Source: Malacoraja senta
Taxonomy: Eukaryota
Direction of reading: 5' to 3'
Assembly: GCA_038087875.1 (NCBI GenBank)
Contig: CM075981.1
Location: 19,344,001-19,408,000, forward strand
DNA length: 64,000 nt
Shown here: positions 35,401 to 44,099 of the stretch, piece by piece
How positions within the stretch are numbered: position 1 is the first letter of the stretch
Layout: each line of letters opens with the position of its first letter
Notes under the pieces: generated by a model
The model's database searches: none
Told to the model about the DNA's origin: nothing
Seen by the model: the letters and a program-made list of their open reading frames with translations, nothing else
Position numbers and translations under genes: made by a program

Positions 35401-38400
35401 GTCACGGAAGGCAGCCGGTCAACCGCAAACCAGCTGGAGTAGTAGTCAACGAGTACCAGGAAATGTTTGCCCCGCCACTCGAAAATGTCTGTGGCGAGCG
35501 CCATCCAGGGCAGTCCGGGCGCGGGCTGCTGTAGAAGCGGCTGACGCTGCTGATGGGGGGCGCGGCTGTTGCAGGTGGAACACGATGAGACCCTCTCCCG
35601 GATGTACTTTGCCATATCCGGCCAATAGAACTGGGCCTTGGCGAGAGACAAAGTGGCTTCGGCCCCAGTGTGACCGCGGTGTGCGACTTGAAAATAGTGG
35701 TCGTGCAGCGCCGCGGGCACGACCACTTTGTGACCCTTCACCACCACGCCGTCGTGCAATACGAGCTCATCCCGAATCAGGAAGTAGGGCACGGCTCCAG
35801 CCGGCAGTGCCGAGCGACGGTCAGGCCAGCCCTGCCGGATGACGGCAGACAGCTGTTGCAGGGCAGGGTCGTTGGTAGTGTGTTCAACCAGGGACTTCAT
35901 CTGTGGCGAGGGGACGAAGTTCAATCGTAGTACTAGTAACTCGGACATTTCGTATTGGTGGCGAGCAGTGGACGTCAGCGGGGCGCGAGACAACGTGTCG
36001 GCTACGAACATGTCCTTCCCCTTACGATAAACCACCGTGAACGTGAAACGCTGGAGCTGCAGCAGCATGCGCTGCAGACGTGATGAGGCCACATGGATTG
36101 GTTTGTTGAGGATGGTAACAAGTGGTTGATGGTCAGTTTCAACGGTGAAAGTGTTGCCCACGATGTAGTCCCGGAATTTGGAGCAGGCAAACACCACGGC
36201 CAGTAGCTCCTTCTCAATCTGCGCGTAGTGCTGTTCGGTGGCGGTCATGGTGCGGGACGCGAATGAGACAGGCAGCTGCAGGCCGTCATGGACCTGGAGG
36301 CAGGCGGCACCGAGTCCGAATTGAGAGGCGTCGCAGGTGAGGACAATGGGATGCCGCAGGTCAAAGAACTTGAGCGTGGGTGTGCTGATCAGTTTAGACT
36401 TAAGAATGTCAAATGCCTTCTGATGATTGGGTAACCAAAGCCAGGAAGTGTCCTTTTTGATCAGATCCCTCAGGGGAGCGCTGAGCTCGCTTAGGTCGGG
36501 GATGAACTTCCCCAGGAAGTTTACCAAGCCGAGGAAGCGTTGCAGGCCTGCCACGTTAGTAGGAGGAGGCATCCCTGAGATGGCAGCCGTTTTCTGCGGG
36601 TCTGGCTTTAGCCCCTCAGCGGTGAATACATGTCCAACATAGGTGACCTCCGAGACGCGGAATCGGCACTTCTTGGGGTTCAGTTTCAAGTTGATTTGCC
36701 TGGCCCGGTCCAGGATCAGGCGGAGGTTGACATCGTGTTCGGCAACATCCTTACCGTAAACGAGGATGTCGTCAACAATTATGGCGCAAGGCAGATCTGA
36801 AAACAACTGTTCCATGGTTCGCTGGAATACCTCACTGGCAGAGTTGATTCCGAAGGGCATTCGGAGGAACCGAAACCTTCCGTAGGGGGTGGCGAAGGTT
36901 GTCAAAATGGACGACCGCTCGTCCAGTGGTATCTGCCAGAATGAGCTCTTGGCATCGAGGACCGAAAAGACCGTTGCTGGACCAACCCGTGCAGCGACGT
37001 CTTCCACCGTTCTCATAGGGTAGTGAGGGCGCCGAATGGCCAGGTTGAAGTCTCTGGGGTTGATGCAGATGCGTATCTCACTCATGTCCTTTTTAGCAGC
37101 AACAACCATGGAAGAGACCCAGCTGGTGGGCTCGACGACCGCCTTTAGGACGCCCATTTGTACCATACTGTGTAGGGTCGCCTCCACTTTGTCCCTCATG
37201 GCGAAGGAAATACGGTGAGGAGCATGGACCACAGGAACGATCTTATGGTCCACTTCAATCTTGTAGCTGCAGGGTAGTTTGCCTAGCTTATCATCAAAGC
37301 GGTCGGGATACTCGGCCAGCGGGTCCATAAGAGCCTTCACGTGGTGGATGTCCCGGTGGAAGGACACCAGTCCCATTTCCTGGCATGCCTGGATCCCCAG
37401 CAGGGGAACGCAACTTCGATTGAGGAGAAAGAAGGTGAGGGGCCGAGTGGCCTTCAGTATCTTACAGTGTAGTGTGGCCTTGCCCACAGGAGTAAGGATC
37501 GCCCCACCGTAGGCATGCAGGTTTGAGCTCTGAGAAAATATCTGCTCATTAGTCCTTATCTGGTTGAAAAGAGATGTTGACATAACATTGGTAACCGCCC
37601 CAGTGTTGATTTTGGCCGTGAAGGTCGAGTTGTTCACAGTGACTTGCACAGAAGGATCCGTTATCATAGCAGGTGCGTTCACCACGGTAAACAAGCTGGT
37701 TTCCCCCTAAGAGGAGTTGGATGTAGGAACAGAATGTTCATCGGAATAGTGCTGGGAGCTGAGATCATTATCCGACTGTAGAAGGTTGTTTAAATTTTGC
37801 CTTCGAGCAGCAACAGGCTTCCCACGGGAACGACAAGCTGCAGCAAAATGGTTCAACTTATTGCAGGAATTGCAATTCTTTCCAAGAGCAGGGCACACAT
37901 TGAACTGATGAGTTGTGAAGTTGCAATTAGGGCACCTTTGCTGGGTGCCTCCCCTTGTAGCACCACCGAACCCCGGGGCGCGTCCCCCTCGAGCAGCGAG
38001 CGACACCGGGGGTCGCGACTGGGATGCGTTCATGAGATAGCTAGGAGTGCTGGCAAAGTTGATCGCCTGTTCAGCCGGCGGCGCCGCCGCGGAAACAGCG
38101 TCAGCTAAGCGAGTAGCGTGCATTGCATCGGCCAAGGTCAGATCCGGCTTGCGAAGTAGTTCGGACCTGAGCTTCTCATCACGGAGACCGTAAACCAGTA
38201 GGTCCCTGATGACATTATCGGGGGTCCACGTCTCGAGGCGGCAGCGCCTGCCCAGGTCCCGCAGCGCAATGACATAGTTCTCAGCAGATTCCCCAGGGAG
38301 CTGACGCCGCGCGAACAGTTTAAAACGTTCTAAAATGCAATTAGTCGGAATGTCACAAATAGCGTCAAACTTAGCCAACAGACATGCCGGGTCCCGAGCT

Positions 38401-41400
38401 GATTCTCCAGCAGCGTAGACGAAGAAGTCAGAGCGAGTCAAGGCGTTGGGACCAGCCAAGTTGAGAAGCAGTGAGGCTTTGAGAGCGGGGGTGGCGCCAG
38501 GATGGGCAATCGTGAAATAGTGTTCAAAGTCACGTTTGAATATGTCCCATCGAAGGGCGATATCGAAATCAAAAACGAGCGCATCAGGCTTACGGGCAGA
38601 AGAGGCCATAACAAAAAACAGTTAGGGGGGGAAACAAAAAACTGGGTCAAAATCAAATGATAAACCGATAAACGGGAGGCGCAAGGTAAGTTATTTGACA
38701 CCATGTAAAGGATTGATAACGAGGCATCGTTACTTTACTATCTTTATTCATACTGGATCATTATACATTGCACTAGCTGTACGTGGTCTGTCACAGGAAC
38801 TAGAGCGCGATCTGTGGGTGTGGAGGTTGTAGTTATACTTGTGATAGGGGAGTGGTTAGTGGGTATGAGGTCACTATGTTAAAGGCACATGCATATCTCA
38901 TCTACATCTACTACATCTGCTGTTTATGATGTAGCCTCCTTTACATCAACAGGATGCAGCATAGATTCGGCGACCATTTTACCGAGCACTGGCGCTCAGT
39001 CTGCCAAGGCCTGCTGCATCTCTTGGCTGCTAACCATTTTAAATCCCATGGGCCTTTCTGTCCGGGACCTCCATCATTGTCAAAATGAGGCCACACGTAA
39101 GCTGGAGGATAGCACCTCAAATTCCATCTGTGTAGCTTACAACCCATGGAATTATCCAATATGAGGTAACTGTTCTGTCCTGGCCACTGTTTTTTCCACA
39201 ATATCCCGGCTCACCCCATTTCCCAGCACAATCAGTCTGGAGGAAGGGTTCCAACCCAAAATGTCATCTATCCATGTTCTCCAGAGATGCTGCCCATAGC
39301 AGTTACTCCAGCACTTCGCCCTCACTTTGGTAAATCTTACCATACTGCGGTGCTGCTTCTTCCTGCCTACAGGCAGCAATTGAAGAGCGCACCCCCCGAG
39401 GTGAGGACTGCACAGAGCTGGGTGGGGGGGGGAGGCAGAGGAACAACTACAGGACTGTTTGGAGTCTGTAGACTGGGCAATGTTCAGGGACTCGGCAACG
39501 GACCTGAACGAATACGCCACAGTTGTTACAGACTTCATAAAGAAATGTGTGGAGGACTGCGTCCCAACAAAATCCTTCCAAGTGTTTCCCAATCAAAAGC
39601 CTTGGATGAACTATGAGATCCGCACTCTTCTGAAGAACAGACACCGGGCATTCATATCTGATGATACAGTGGTCTACAAGAAGTCCAGATACGACCTTGG
39701 TAAGGCCATCAAAAAGGCCAAAAGGGACTTCTGCTCCAAACTGAAGGATGACAGATGTTCGGCAGCTGTGGCGGGGCTTGAATGCAATCACCTCCTACAA
39801 GGCGAGATCAGGAGGCAGCTCGAATGTCAGCGAAACATCACTCCCTGACGAGCTCAATGCATTTTACGCACGCTTTGATTGGGAGAAAACTGATGTGCCT
39901 TCTCGAGCCCCCATTCGCTGTGATGGTATTTCAGTCACAGTCACAGAGGCCGAGGTCAGAAAATCCTTCAGAGGGGTGATCCCTCGAAAAGCGCCTGGAC
40001 CTGAACCCGGTCGTGTTCTAAAAACCTGTGCGGACCAACTGGCTGTAGTATTTACGGACATTTTCAACCTCTCACTACTGAGGTCTGAGGTTCCCACCTG
40101 CTTTAAAAGGGCATCAATTATACCGGTGCCCAAGAAGAGCAAGGTAATGTACCTCAATGACTATCGACCAGTGGCACTAACGTCTGTGGTGATGAAGTGC
40201 TTTGAGAGGTTGATCATGGCACAAATCAACTCCTACCTCGACAAAAACCTGGACCATCTGCAGTTCGCTTACCGCCACAACAGATCAACGGTGGCTCTCC
40301 ACTCCGCTCTGGACCACTTGGCCAACAAAAACTCATATGTCAGGCTGCTATTCATTGATTACAGCTCGGCATTTAATACAATCATCCCCTCCAAGCTGAT
40401 TACCGAACTCACAGAACTGGGTCTCTGCGCATCCCTCTGCAATTGGATCCTCGACTTCCTCATTCACAGACCACAGTCAGTTCGTATTGGTGGAAATGTG
40501 TCGGCCTCGAAAACAATCAGCACGGGAGCACCTCAAGGCTGCGTGCTCAGCCCCCTGCTGTACTCACTCTATACTCATGACTGCGTAGCCGGTCATCGTG
40601 CGAACTCCATCATCAAGTTCGCTGACGATACCACTGTTGTGGGACGTATCACTGATGGGGACGAGTCAGAATACAGAAGTGAGATCGACTGACTGGCCAA
40701 ATGGTGCCAGCACAATAACCTGGCCCTCAACACCAGCAAAACCAAGGAACTGATTGTGGACTTTGGAAGCGGGAGGATGGGGACCCACAGTCCCGTTTAT
40801 ATCAACGGGTCGATGGTGGAGCTTCAAATTCCTGGGCGTGCATATCTCTGAAGATCTTTCCTGGTCCGAGAACACTGATGCAATCATAAAGAGAGCACAT
40901 CAGCGCCTCTACTTTCTGAGAAGATTACGGAGAGTCGGTTTGTCAAGGAGGACTCTTTCTAACTTCTACAGGTGCACAGTAGAGAGCATGCTGACTGGTT
41001 GCATCGTGGCTTGGTTCGGAAACTTGAGCGCCCTCGAGCGGAAAAGACTGGAAAAAGTAGTAAACACTGCCCAGTCCATCATCGGCTCTGACCTCCCTTC
41101 CATCGAGGAGATCTATAGCAGTCGCTGCCTCAAAAAGGCTGGCAGTATCATCAAGGACCCACACCATCCGGGCCACACACTCATGTCCTCACTACCTTCA
41201 GGTAAAAGGTACAGGACCCTGAAGACTGCAATGACCAGTTTCAGGAATAGCTACTTCCCCACAGCCATCAGGCTATTAAACTCGGCTCGGACAAAACTCT
41301 GAACATTAATAGCCCATAATCTGTTTATTTGCACTTTATCAGTTTATTTATTCATGTGTGTATATATTTATACAATGGTATATGGACACACTGATCTGTT

Positions 41401-42936
41401 CAGTATTCATGCCTACTATGTTCTGGTGTGCTAAAGCAAAGCAAGAATTCCATTGTCCTATCAGGGACACATGACAATAAACTCTCTTGAACTCTTGAAC
41501 ACATTGTTTCTTTTTTTTGTAAACTAGCATTTGCAGTTCCTTATATCTCCATACCAGAGGTGTCAGAGGTTATGGGGGAAAAGGTAGCAGAATGGGGTTA
41601 GGAGGGAGAGATAGATCAGCCATGATTGAATGATGGAATAGACTTGATGGGCCGAATGGCCTTATACTACTATCACATGACCTTACGAACATAGATCTTC
41701 TTTACACTTGATCGACGTGTTGCCACTTTCAGGGAGTTGTGGATTTGGACCCCAAGATCCCTCAGAACATCAATACTGTTAAGGGCCTTGCAATTAACAG
41801 TATACTTTTCCGTGACATTGGTCCTCCCTAAATGTAACACCTCATTCTTGCTTAGTTAGATCAATCCACCTGCCATTTTTCTGCCCATTTCTGTAGTTGA
41901 TCTATATTCTGCTGTAATCTTTGACACCTTCCTCAATGTCTGCAACTCCACCAATATAAATATATATAATATTAAATACCCAATAGCGATCCAACACAGA
42001 TCCTTTTGGAACTCCATTGGTCACAGACCTCCAGCCAGAGTAACACTCTTCCCCCACAACCTTCTGCCTTCTATGAGTGAGTCAGTTCCGAATCTGAATG
42101 TCCCAAGTCACCGTGGATCCCATGAATCTTAAATCAGGCCCTTCATCCCAGTGCTACGAAACTACCTGGTGCGAGGAACTATCTCTGCTGTGTTGTGCCA
42201 TTCTGTTATTAGACAGTTCACTTGGAGTTGGAGTTCATTACTGTTATCCATCAGAGCTGATGGTCTGAATGCCCAGAGCCCTGTAGCTGCTGCCAGGGTG
42301 GAATGAGCTGGTTCTGATAGGGAGGGTGTTTGGTCAAACATTGCATCAAATGGTGGCAGGAAGTGGTTCAGGATCAGAACACTTTGCTGAACAAGAAGTA
42401 TGTGAAGCGAAAAATAGAGCTGGACTGGGGATGTAAAGCGACAGTAGTGGAATGGGTGGAGGGGGAGGTTGTTGAAGGGAGGGAGGGAGAGAGGGAGGGA
42501 GAGAGCTAGCGAGGCACAAATGGCAATACAATGTTAACTACCGAGAGAGGTTTGTAGAGATGTCAGGAACCAGCAGAAAGTGACAGAGCTGGAGAAAGAG
42601 GCACAGAAATACGGACAGTGAGAGAAGGAGTGTTTGGACAGAGAGCGAGATAAAGAAAGATAACATCAGCAGAATGGAAGAGGGGCTGTGAATGACAGAG
42701 AGAGGGACAGAATGAGAGACCAGTGTGACACCTTTATGACAGTGTGGCAGCATTTGGGCTAGCATAAAGCCAGGAAATGACCACAATGGGTTGAATGTTT
42801 TTTATATGCACTGAAAACCTGCACAAGCCTCACACTCATCGATAACCAGAGTTGATCATTAATATCTGTACTTACCTACACAGACAGCGATGAGGGATGC
42901 ACAGAGCAGGGAGGGGATCCTCCTCAAAGAAAACAT
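8204..42936 (-). CDS. CD2/SLAM-family Ig-superfamily receptor, 6 coding exons (42876-42936, 32848-33165, 19308-19592, 10972-11109, 10446-10534, 8204-8419/8422), ~368 aa
   Basis: All exon phases are compatible (1-1-1-1-0). Product: signal peptide, Cys-less IgV, VY|EPV junction, 4-Cys IgC2, TM, RRR stop-transfer, tail with TIYAQP and TIYDTV. The orthologue cannot be named from sequence alone. Confidence 0.88.
8961..9066. repeat. Short minisatellite, 3-4 units of ~29-34 bp (tgtaccccagt(g/a/c)actg(gg)tgtgttgggacag)
   Basis: Units visible at 8961, ~8990, ~9021 and ~9055. Confidence 0.75.
9102..10179 (+). mobile_element. CR1 LINE, 5'-truncated, RT C-terminal frame open
   Basis: GVPQGSVLGP, KFADDTK, RPHLEYCVQFWSP, SRTRGHSLRI; 3' UTR ggccgaatggcc stem and (tctatgt)-type tail. 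Confidence 0.93.
10446..10534 (-). CDS. SLAM/CD2-like exon 5 (ETIYAQP motif)
   Basis: Acceptor ccttcttactctcccccaCAG|, donor ATG|GTAAAG; reads (D)PSNMETIYAQPQPPQRHPANRQPREENEM. Confidence 0.8.
10972..11109 (-). CDS. SLAM/CD2-like exon 4 (transmembrane)
   Basis: Acceptor ctctgttgtttTAG|; hydrophobic ITIILVVAACAAVFIMFLVCIFV followed by RRR; phase-1 GC donor GAG|GCAAGT. Confidence 0.8.
11385..11680 (-). mobile_element. Penelope-like element 3'/pLTR fragment
   Basis: Homologous to 63420-63522; carries a mutated (C)CGAAGA..GAAAC core and the ctccagagatgccgcctgaccc segment. Confidence 0.65.
11690..12500. mobile_element. Degenerate CR1 3' fragments (minus piece followed by plus piece)
   Basis: Remnants of CR1 3'-region sequence (ccaaaattgaactcaatactcc, tggccatcacactatagaaag); no open frame. 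Confidence 0.55.
12966..13186. repeat. Head-to-head inverted pair of Penelope-like terminal sequences (arms ~12998-13090 and 13092-13186)
   Basis: Near-palindrome centred on cttcttcag-a-ctgaagaag; each arm matches 63431-63522. Confidence 0.85.
13802..15048 (+). pseudogene. DIRS gag-like ORF (frameshift near 14565)
   Basis: ORFs 13802-14575 and 14620-15048; aligns with the gag of DIRS copy 2 (VPAVN..IWG, EINCLRK, INPKFA.LCK). Confidence 0.8.
14982..17178 (+). pseudogene. DIRS RT / RNase H / adenine-MTase-like ORF, interrupted by a 184-bp insert
   Basis: IDLKDAYY, PNGL, YIDD, LQTDA..GWG, LQIDNTT, DLFAS, YAFPPF; removing 16233-16416 restores the frame GWG-GTNTISSTGGRWN. Confidence 0.88.
16233..16416 (+). 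mobile_element. Short non-coding retroposon (~185 bp) inserted in DIRS RNase H
   Basis: Nearly identical to the reverse complement of 43348-43536; two stem-loops and an (attga)-type tail. Confidence 0.8.
17166..18130 (+). pseudogene. DIRS tyrosine recombinase (small deletion/frameshift near 17405)
   Basis: SAQRVQ (catalytic Arg), HSTRAAATS (HxxR), AGWS, and FYNK (catalytic Tyr). Confidence 0.88.
18304..18405 (+). repeat. DIRS internal complementary region (ICR), copy 1
   Basis: The first part is the reverse complement of 13612-13649, the second the reverse complement of the right end (~18565-18630), joined at agtaaaa|tagtaag. Confidence 0.92.
19308..19592 (-). CDS. SLAM/CD2-like exon 3 (IgC2 domain)
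   Basis: Acceptor tctttctttctgccccaacctCAG|, donor G|GTGAGT; reads EPV...CNFTLTC...FRWWRG...YKCEAWN...DVC. Confidence 0.92.
21424..22705 (-). mobile_element. CR1 LINE, 3' part (split by L1 family B)
   Basis: RT motifs FQKAFDKV, GVPQGSVLGP, FADD, RPHLEYC; (ctatgttt) tail at 21424-21450; continues at 29078. Confidence 0.92.
22912..24037 (+). CDS. L1 family B ORF1 (frameshift in an A4 run near 23694)
   Basis: Coiled coil, DLEARSRRQNLRILG, PRHIIVKF, IFRDYPYE, FGVFYPAKMRI. Confidence 0.88.
24849..28641 (+). CDS. L1 family B ORF2 (frameshifts in homopolymers near 27372 and 27437)
   Basis: SWNIRG, LQETH, GGDFN, SDHSP, DAEKAFD, RQGCSLSP, LYADD, ICDKC..HSFVFC. Confidence 0.92.
29078..30905 (-). mobile_element. 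CR1 LINE, 5' part (endonuclease, tether and N-terminal RT, plus ORF1 tail)
   Basis: YMNVRSI, GITETWL, YRPP, MGDFN, ILDLVL, KSPGPDG, YRPVSLTS; small deletion near 30070. Confidence 0.9.
31090..32400 (+). mobile_element. Old degenerate CR1/L2-like LINE RT fragment, interrupted by a MITE
   Basis: GVPQGSILGP-coding remnant at ~31555; no open frame; flanks rejoin across the MITE. Confidence 0.55.
31950..32279. mobile_element. Palindromic MITE, PIF/Harbinger-like (TAA target duplication)
   Basis: TIR AG(C/G)GCCTGTCCCACTTTCGCGACCTTTACAGG; TAA at 31947-49 and 32280-82; arms are complementary over most of the 330 bp. Confidence 0.85.
32848..33165 (-). CDS. SLAM/CD2-like exon 2 (IgV domain without the B-F disulfide)
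   Basis: Acceptor cttgtctcctCAG|, donor G|GTGAGT; reads VTGARGHSVSL...VEWK...YKGRITL..NFSLEIRDLRREDAGDY...LEVY; contains no Cys. Confidence 0.93.
33600..34130 (+). mobile_element. Degenerate CR1 RT fragment
   Basis: Remnants of CR1 RT sequence (aagtttgcagatgacac = KFADDT). Confidence 0.55.
34164..34367 (-). repeat. Gypsy 3' LTR (204 bp)
   Basis: Direct repeat of 38704-38906; preceded on the minus strand by the polypurine tract AGAGAGGAAGGA (34379-34368). Confidence 0.95.
34437..37694 (-). CDS. Gypsy pol (protease, RT, RNase H, integrase), open
   Basis: INTGA (protease site, Asp replaced by Asn), LDAKSSFW, RMPFG, IVDD, CDAS, EKE, TDH, H..H..C..C, and D..DNG..NGLAE. Confidence 0.93.
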   Translation of the reverse strand: MFTVVNAPAMITDPSVQVTVNNSTFTAKINTGAVTNVMSTSLFNQIRTNEQIFSQSSNLHAYGGAILTPVGKATLHCKILKATRPLTFFLLNRSCVPLLGIQACQEMGLVSFHRDIHHVKALMDPLAEYPDRFDDKLGKLPCSYKIEVDHKIVPVVHAPHRISFAMRDKVEATLHSMVQMGVLKAVVEPTSWVSSMVVAAKKDMSEIRICINPRDFNLAIRRPHYPMRTVEDVAARVGPATVFSVLDAKSSFWQIPLDERSSILTTFATPYGRFRFLRMPFGINSASEVFQRTMEQLFSDLPCAIIVDDILVYGKDVAEHDVNLRLILDRARQINLKLNPKKCRFRVSEVTYVGHVFTAEGLKPDPQKTAAISGMPPPTNVAGLQRFLGLVNFLGKFIPDLSELSAPLRDLIKKDTSWLWLPNHQKAFDILKSKLISTPTLKFFDLRHPIVLTCDASQFGLGAACLQVHDGLQLPVSFASRTMTATEQHYAQIEKELLAVVFACSKFRDYIVGNTFTVETDHQPLVTILNKPIHVASSRLQRMLLQLQRFTFTVVYRKGKDMFVADTLSRAPLTSTARHQYEMSELLVLRLNFVPSPQMKSLVEHTTNDPALQQLSAVIRQGWPDRRSALPAGAVPYFLIRDELVLHDGVVVKGHKVVVPAALHDHYFQVAHRGHTGAEATLSLAKAQFYWPDMAKYIRERVSSCSTCNSRAPHQQRQPLLQQPAPGLPWMALATDIFEWRGKHFLVLVDYYSSWFAVDRLPSVTSSAVIDRLYPRFSTFGPPASLQSDNGSQFTSSEFKAFASRWNFRHFTSSPEYPQSNGLAERAVRSAKHLLEQCGGINSDFHLALLSLRNISRDPAMGSPAQRLLSRATRLPLPVAQRSLIPSVLPPAAVQKRIAFRQDVQKRSHDRSCHPLPPLFPGQVVRMQTTPGHSKLATVVGSAGSPRSYFVDYAGTIYRRSRQHLRLVHEPRPPAADPFAPPLPVSRPAVALPVIPDMPRSAPPSPPPLQHTPTSPRSPPRALPGPGPASPPVSVPRSLPFPPVSPFQVRLSPLVPLPPAGRVDGETRTRAGRLVKPPDRYGDVA
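37707..38609 (-). CDS. Gypsy gag (300 aa, Cys/His knuckles)
   Basis: C-terminal CPNC..H..CP and CNSC..NHFAAAC; stop is in frame with pol. Confidence 0.88.
   Translation of the reverse strand: MASSARKPDALVFDFDIALRWDIFKRDFEHYFTIAHPGATPALKASLLLNLAGPNALTRSDFFVYAAGESARDPACLLAKFDAICDIPTNCILERFKLFARRQLPGESAENYVIALRDLGRRCRLETWTPDNVIRDLLVYGLRDEKLRSELLRKPDLTLADAMHATRLADAVSAAAPPAEQAINFASTPSYLMNASQSRPPVSLAARGGRAPGFGGATRGGTQQRCPNCNFTTHQFNVCPALGKNCNSCNKLNHFAAACRSRGKPVAARRQNLNNLLQSDNDLSSQHYSDEHSVPTSNSS
38691..38703 (-). promoter_or_regulatory. Primer-binding site (TGGTGTCA..., partial match to a tRNA-Leu 3' end)
   Basis: Lies immediately after the 5' LTR; only 8 nt match the tRNA-Leu 3' end as I recall it. 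Confidence 0.6.
38704..38906 (-). repeat. Gypsy 5' LTR (203 bp)
   Basis: Direct repeat of 34164-34367. Confidence 0.95.
39318..41500 (+). mobile_element. Rex1/Babar-type LINE, 5'-truncated, frameshifted
   Basis: PDELNAFYARF, YRPVALTS..MKCFERL, IDYSSAFNTI, GAPQGCVLSPLL, FADDTT, DPHHPGH..LPSG; 3' stem, AATAAA and (ctcttgaa)2 tail. Confidence 0.88.
41540..42140. mobile_element. Degenerate CR1 pieces (plus 3' tail, then minus RT fragment)
   Basis: gatcagccatgattgaatg..ggccgaatggcc tail, then reverse-strand RT remnants. Confidence 0.55.
42876..42936 (-). CDS. SLAM/CD2-like exon 1 (signal peptide)
   Basis: caagATG; reads MFSLRRIPSLLCASLIAVCV; consensus donor TAG|GTAAGT in phase 1, matching exon 2. 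Confidence 0.85.
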
Positions 42937-43315
42937 CTTGAAGTGAAGTATCAGCGCTGCGAGATTTATAATAAGAGTGAAAAGATCAGGAACTGACTCC
43001 TCCTCAGACCCGCCTGTGATAGGATAATAGGCAGCATGTTCTGCATGTGACAGAGGATACATACAGAGAAGAAACACGTTGCACTGACCTCTTCCGTACC
43101 AACATTCTGACGTGTTTGCTTTTTCATTTTGTTTTAATTAGAATCTCTATCTCGGTCTCTATGCATCGGTTGCTCTCTCAGTCTCATGGACCCTATTTTT
43201 GTGACCCTCTACAATATGTGACTCTCTCTACATCATTGCATGTATCTCTCCATACACACATCCACACACAGTCCTATTCTCTCTCTCCCTGTTTCTTTTA
43301 TACTTCCAGTCTCTC

Positions 43316-43347
43316 TTTTTTTTTTCCTTTTCAAAAACTTTATTCGA
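43316..43347 (-). terminator. Probable Tx1 3' terminus (AATAAA, gtttttg, aaaagg, A10)
   Basis: AATAAA at 43344-43339 followed by an A tract on the same strand as Tx1; separated from Tx1 ORF2 by nested inserts. Confidence 0.5.
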
Positions 43348-43536
43348 CAATCAATTCAATTCAATTCAATTCAATTTTATTTGTCTTTTGGACAAATTTG
43401 TCATTTGGACCCCTTGAGGTCCAAACGAAATGTCGTTTCTGCAGCCATACAATACAAAACGAAGAAGACCCGAGACACAACACAATTTACACATACATCC
43501 ATCACAACGCTGTGATGGAAGGCAAAAAAACGTATC
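43348..43536 (-). mobile_element. Short non-coding retroposon (~185 bp), second copy
   Basis: Near-identical to 16233-16416; (attga)n tail at 43348-43376. Confidence 0.8.
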
Positions 43537-44099
43537 ATATGATACAACACATCAAAACATAATCAGAAATTACACTATAACAAATAATAGTAAGGTTAAA
43601 CGAGAACTTACCAGTTTGAAGTTTGATCTTTATTTTATGAGGAGTTACGATGACGATTACGTGAAGAACCCCGCCAGTCGGCATGCGCGTCAATCTTCAA
43701 AGCAGCGGTGTGAAATCACAGATAATAGTAACTGAAGTAACATAGTAAGAATATAAACCAGACCTTCCAGTTGACCTTTATGATATTGAGGGCCGGGAGC
43801 GGTGGGCACGTAATCGCTCATTGTAACTCCTCATAAAATAAAGATCAAACTTCAAACTGGTAAGTTCTCGTTCAATCTTACTATTTTACTTCGGAGTCAC
43901 GTGAGTGATTCCGTGAAGATTTCAAAGCTCTGTGATTTCATGCCATAGATACGAATCCAGGCATCTCACACTGCATCAATTGACTCAGGAGGAGTGAATA
44001 ATGAGCAATACAGTGAAACATGGTACAGATGAACATGTTGATGCTTTAATTTACAAACAAAATAAAGAAACACAATAGTGACCCCTCTCTCGCAGGGGG

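Larger units (their letters stand above)
34164..38906 (-). mobile_element. Ty3/Gypsy LTR retrotransposon, full length, TSD TCTAC
   Basis: LTRs 34164-34367 and 38704-38906 (TG...CA, identical except one indel); TSD at 34159-63 and 38907-11; PR-RT-RH-IN domain order. Confidence 0.96.

Noticed and set aside
37698-37706. GGGAAAC slippery heptamer at the Gypsy gag-pol junction
   Set aside because: It lies after the gag stop, and a -1 shift from its canonical phase does not enter the pol frame.
42965-42970. TATAAA (minus strand) as the host TATA box
   Set aside because: Only 29 nt from the ATG, which would leave essentially no 5' UTR.
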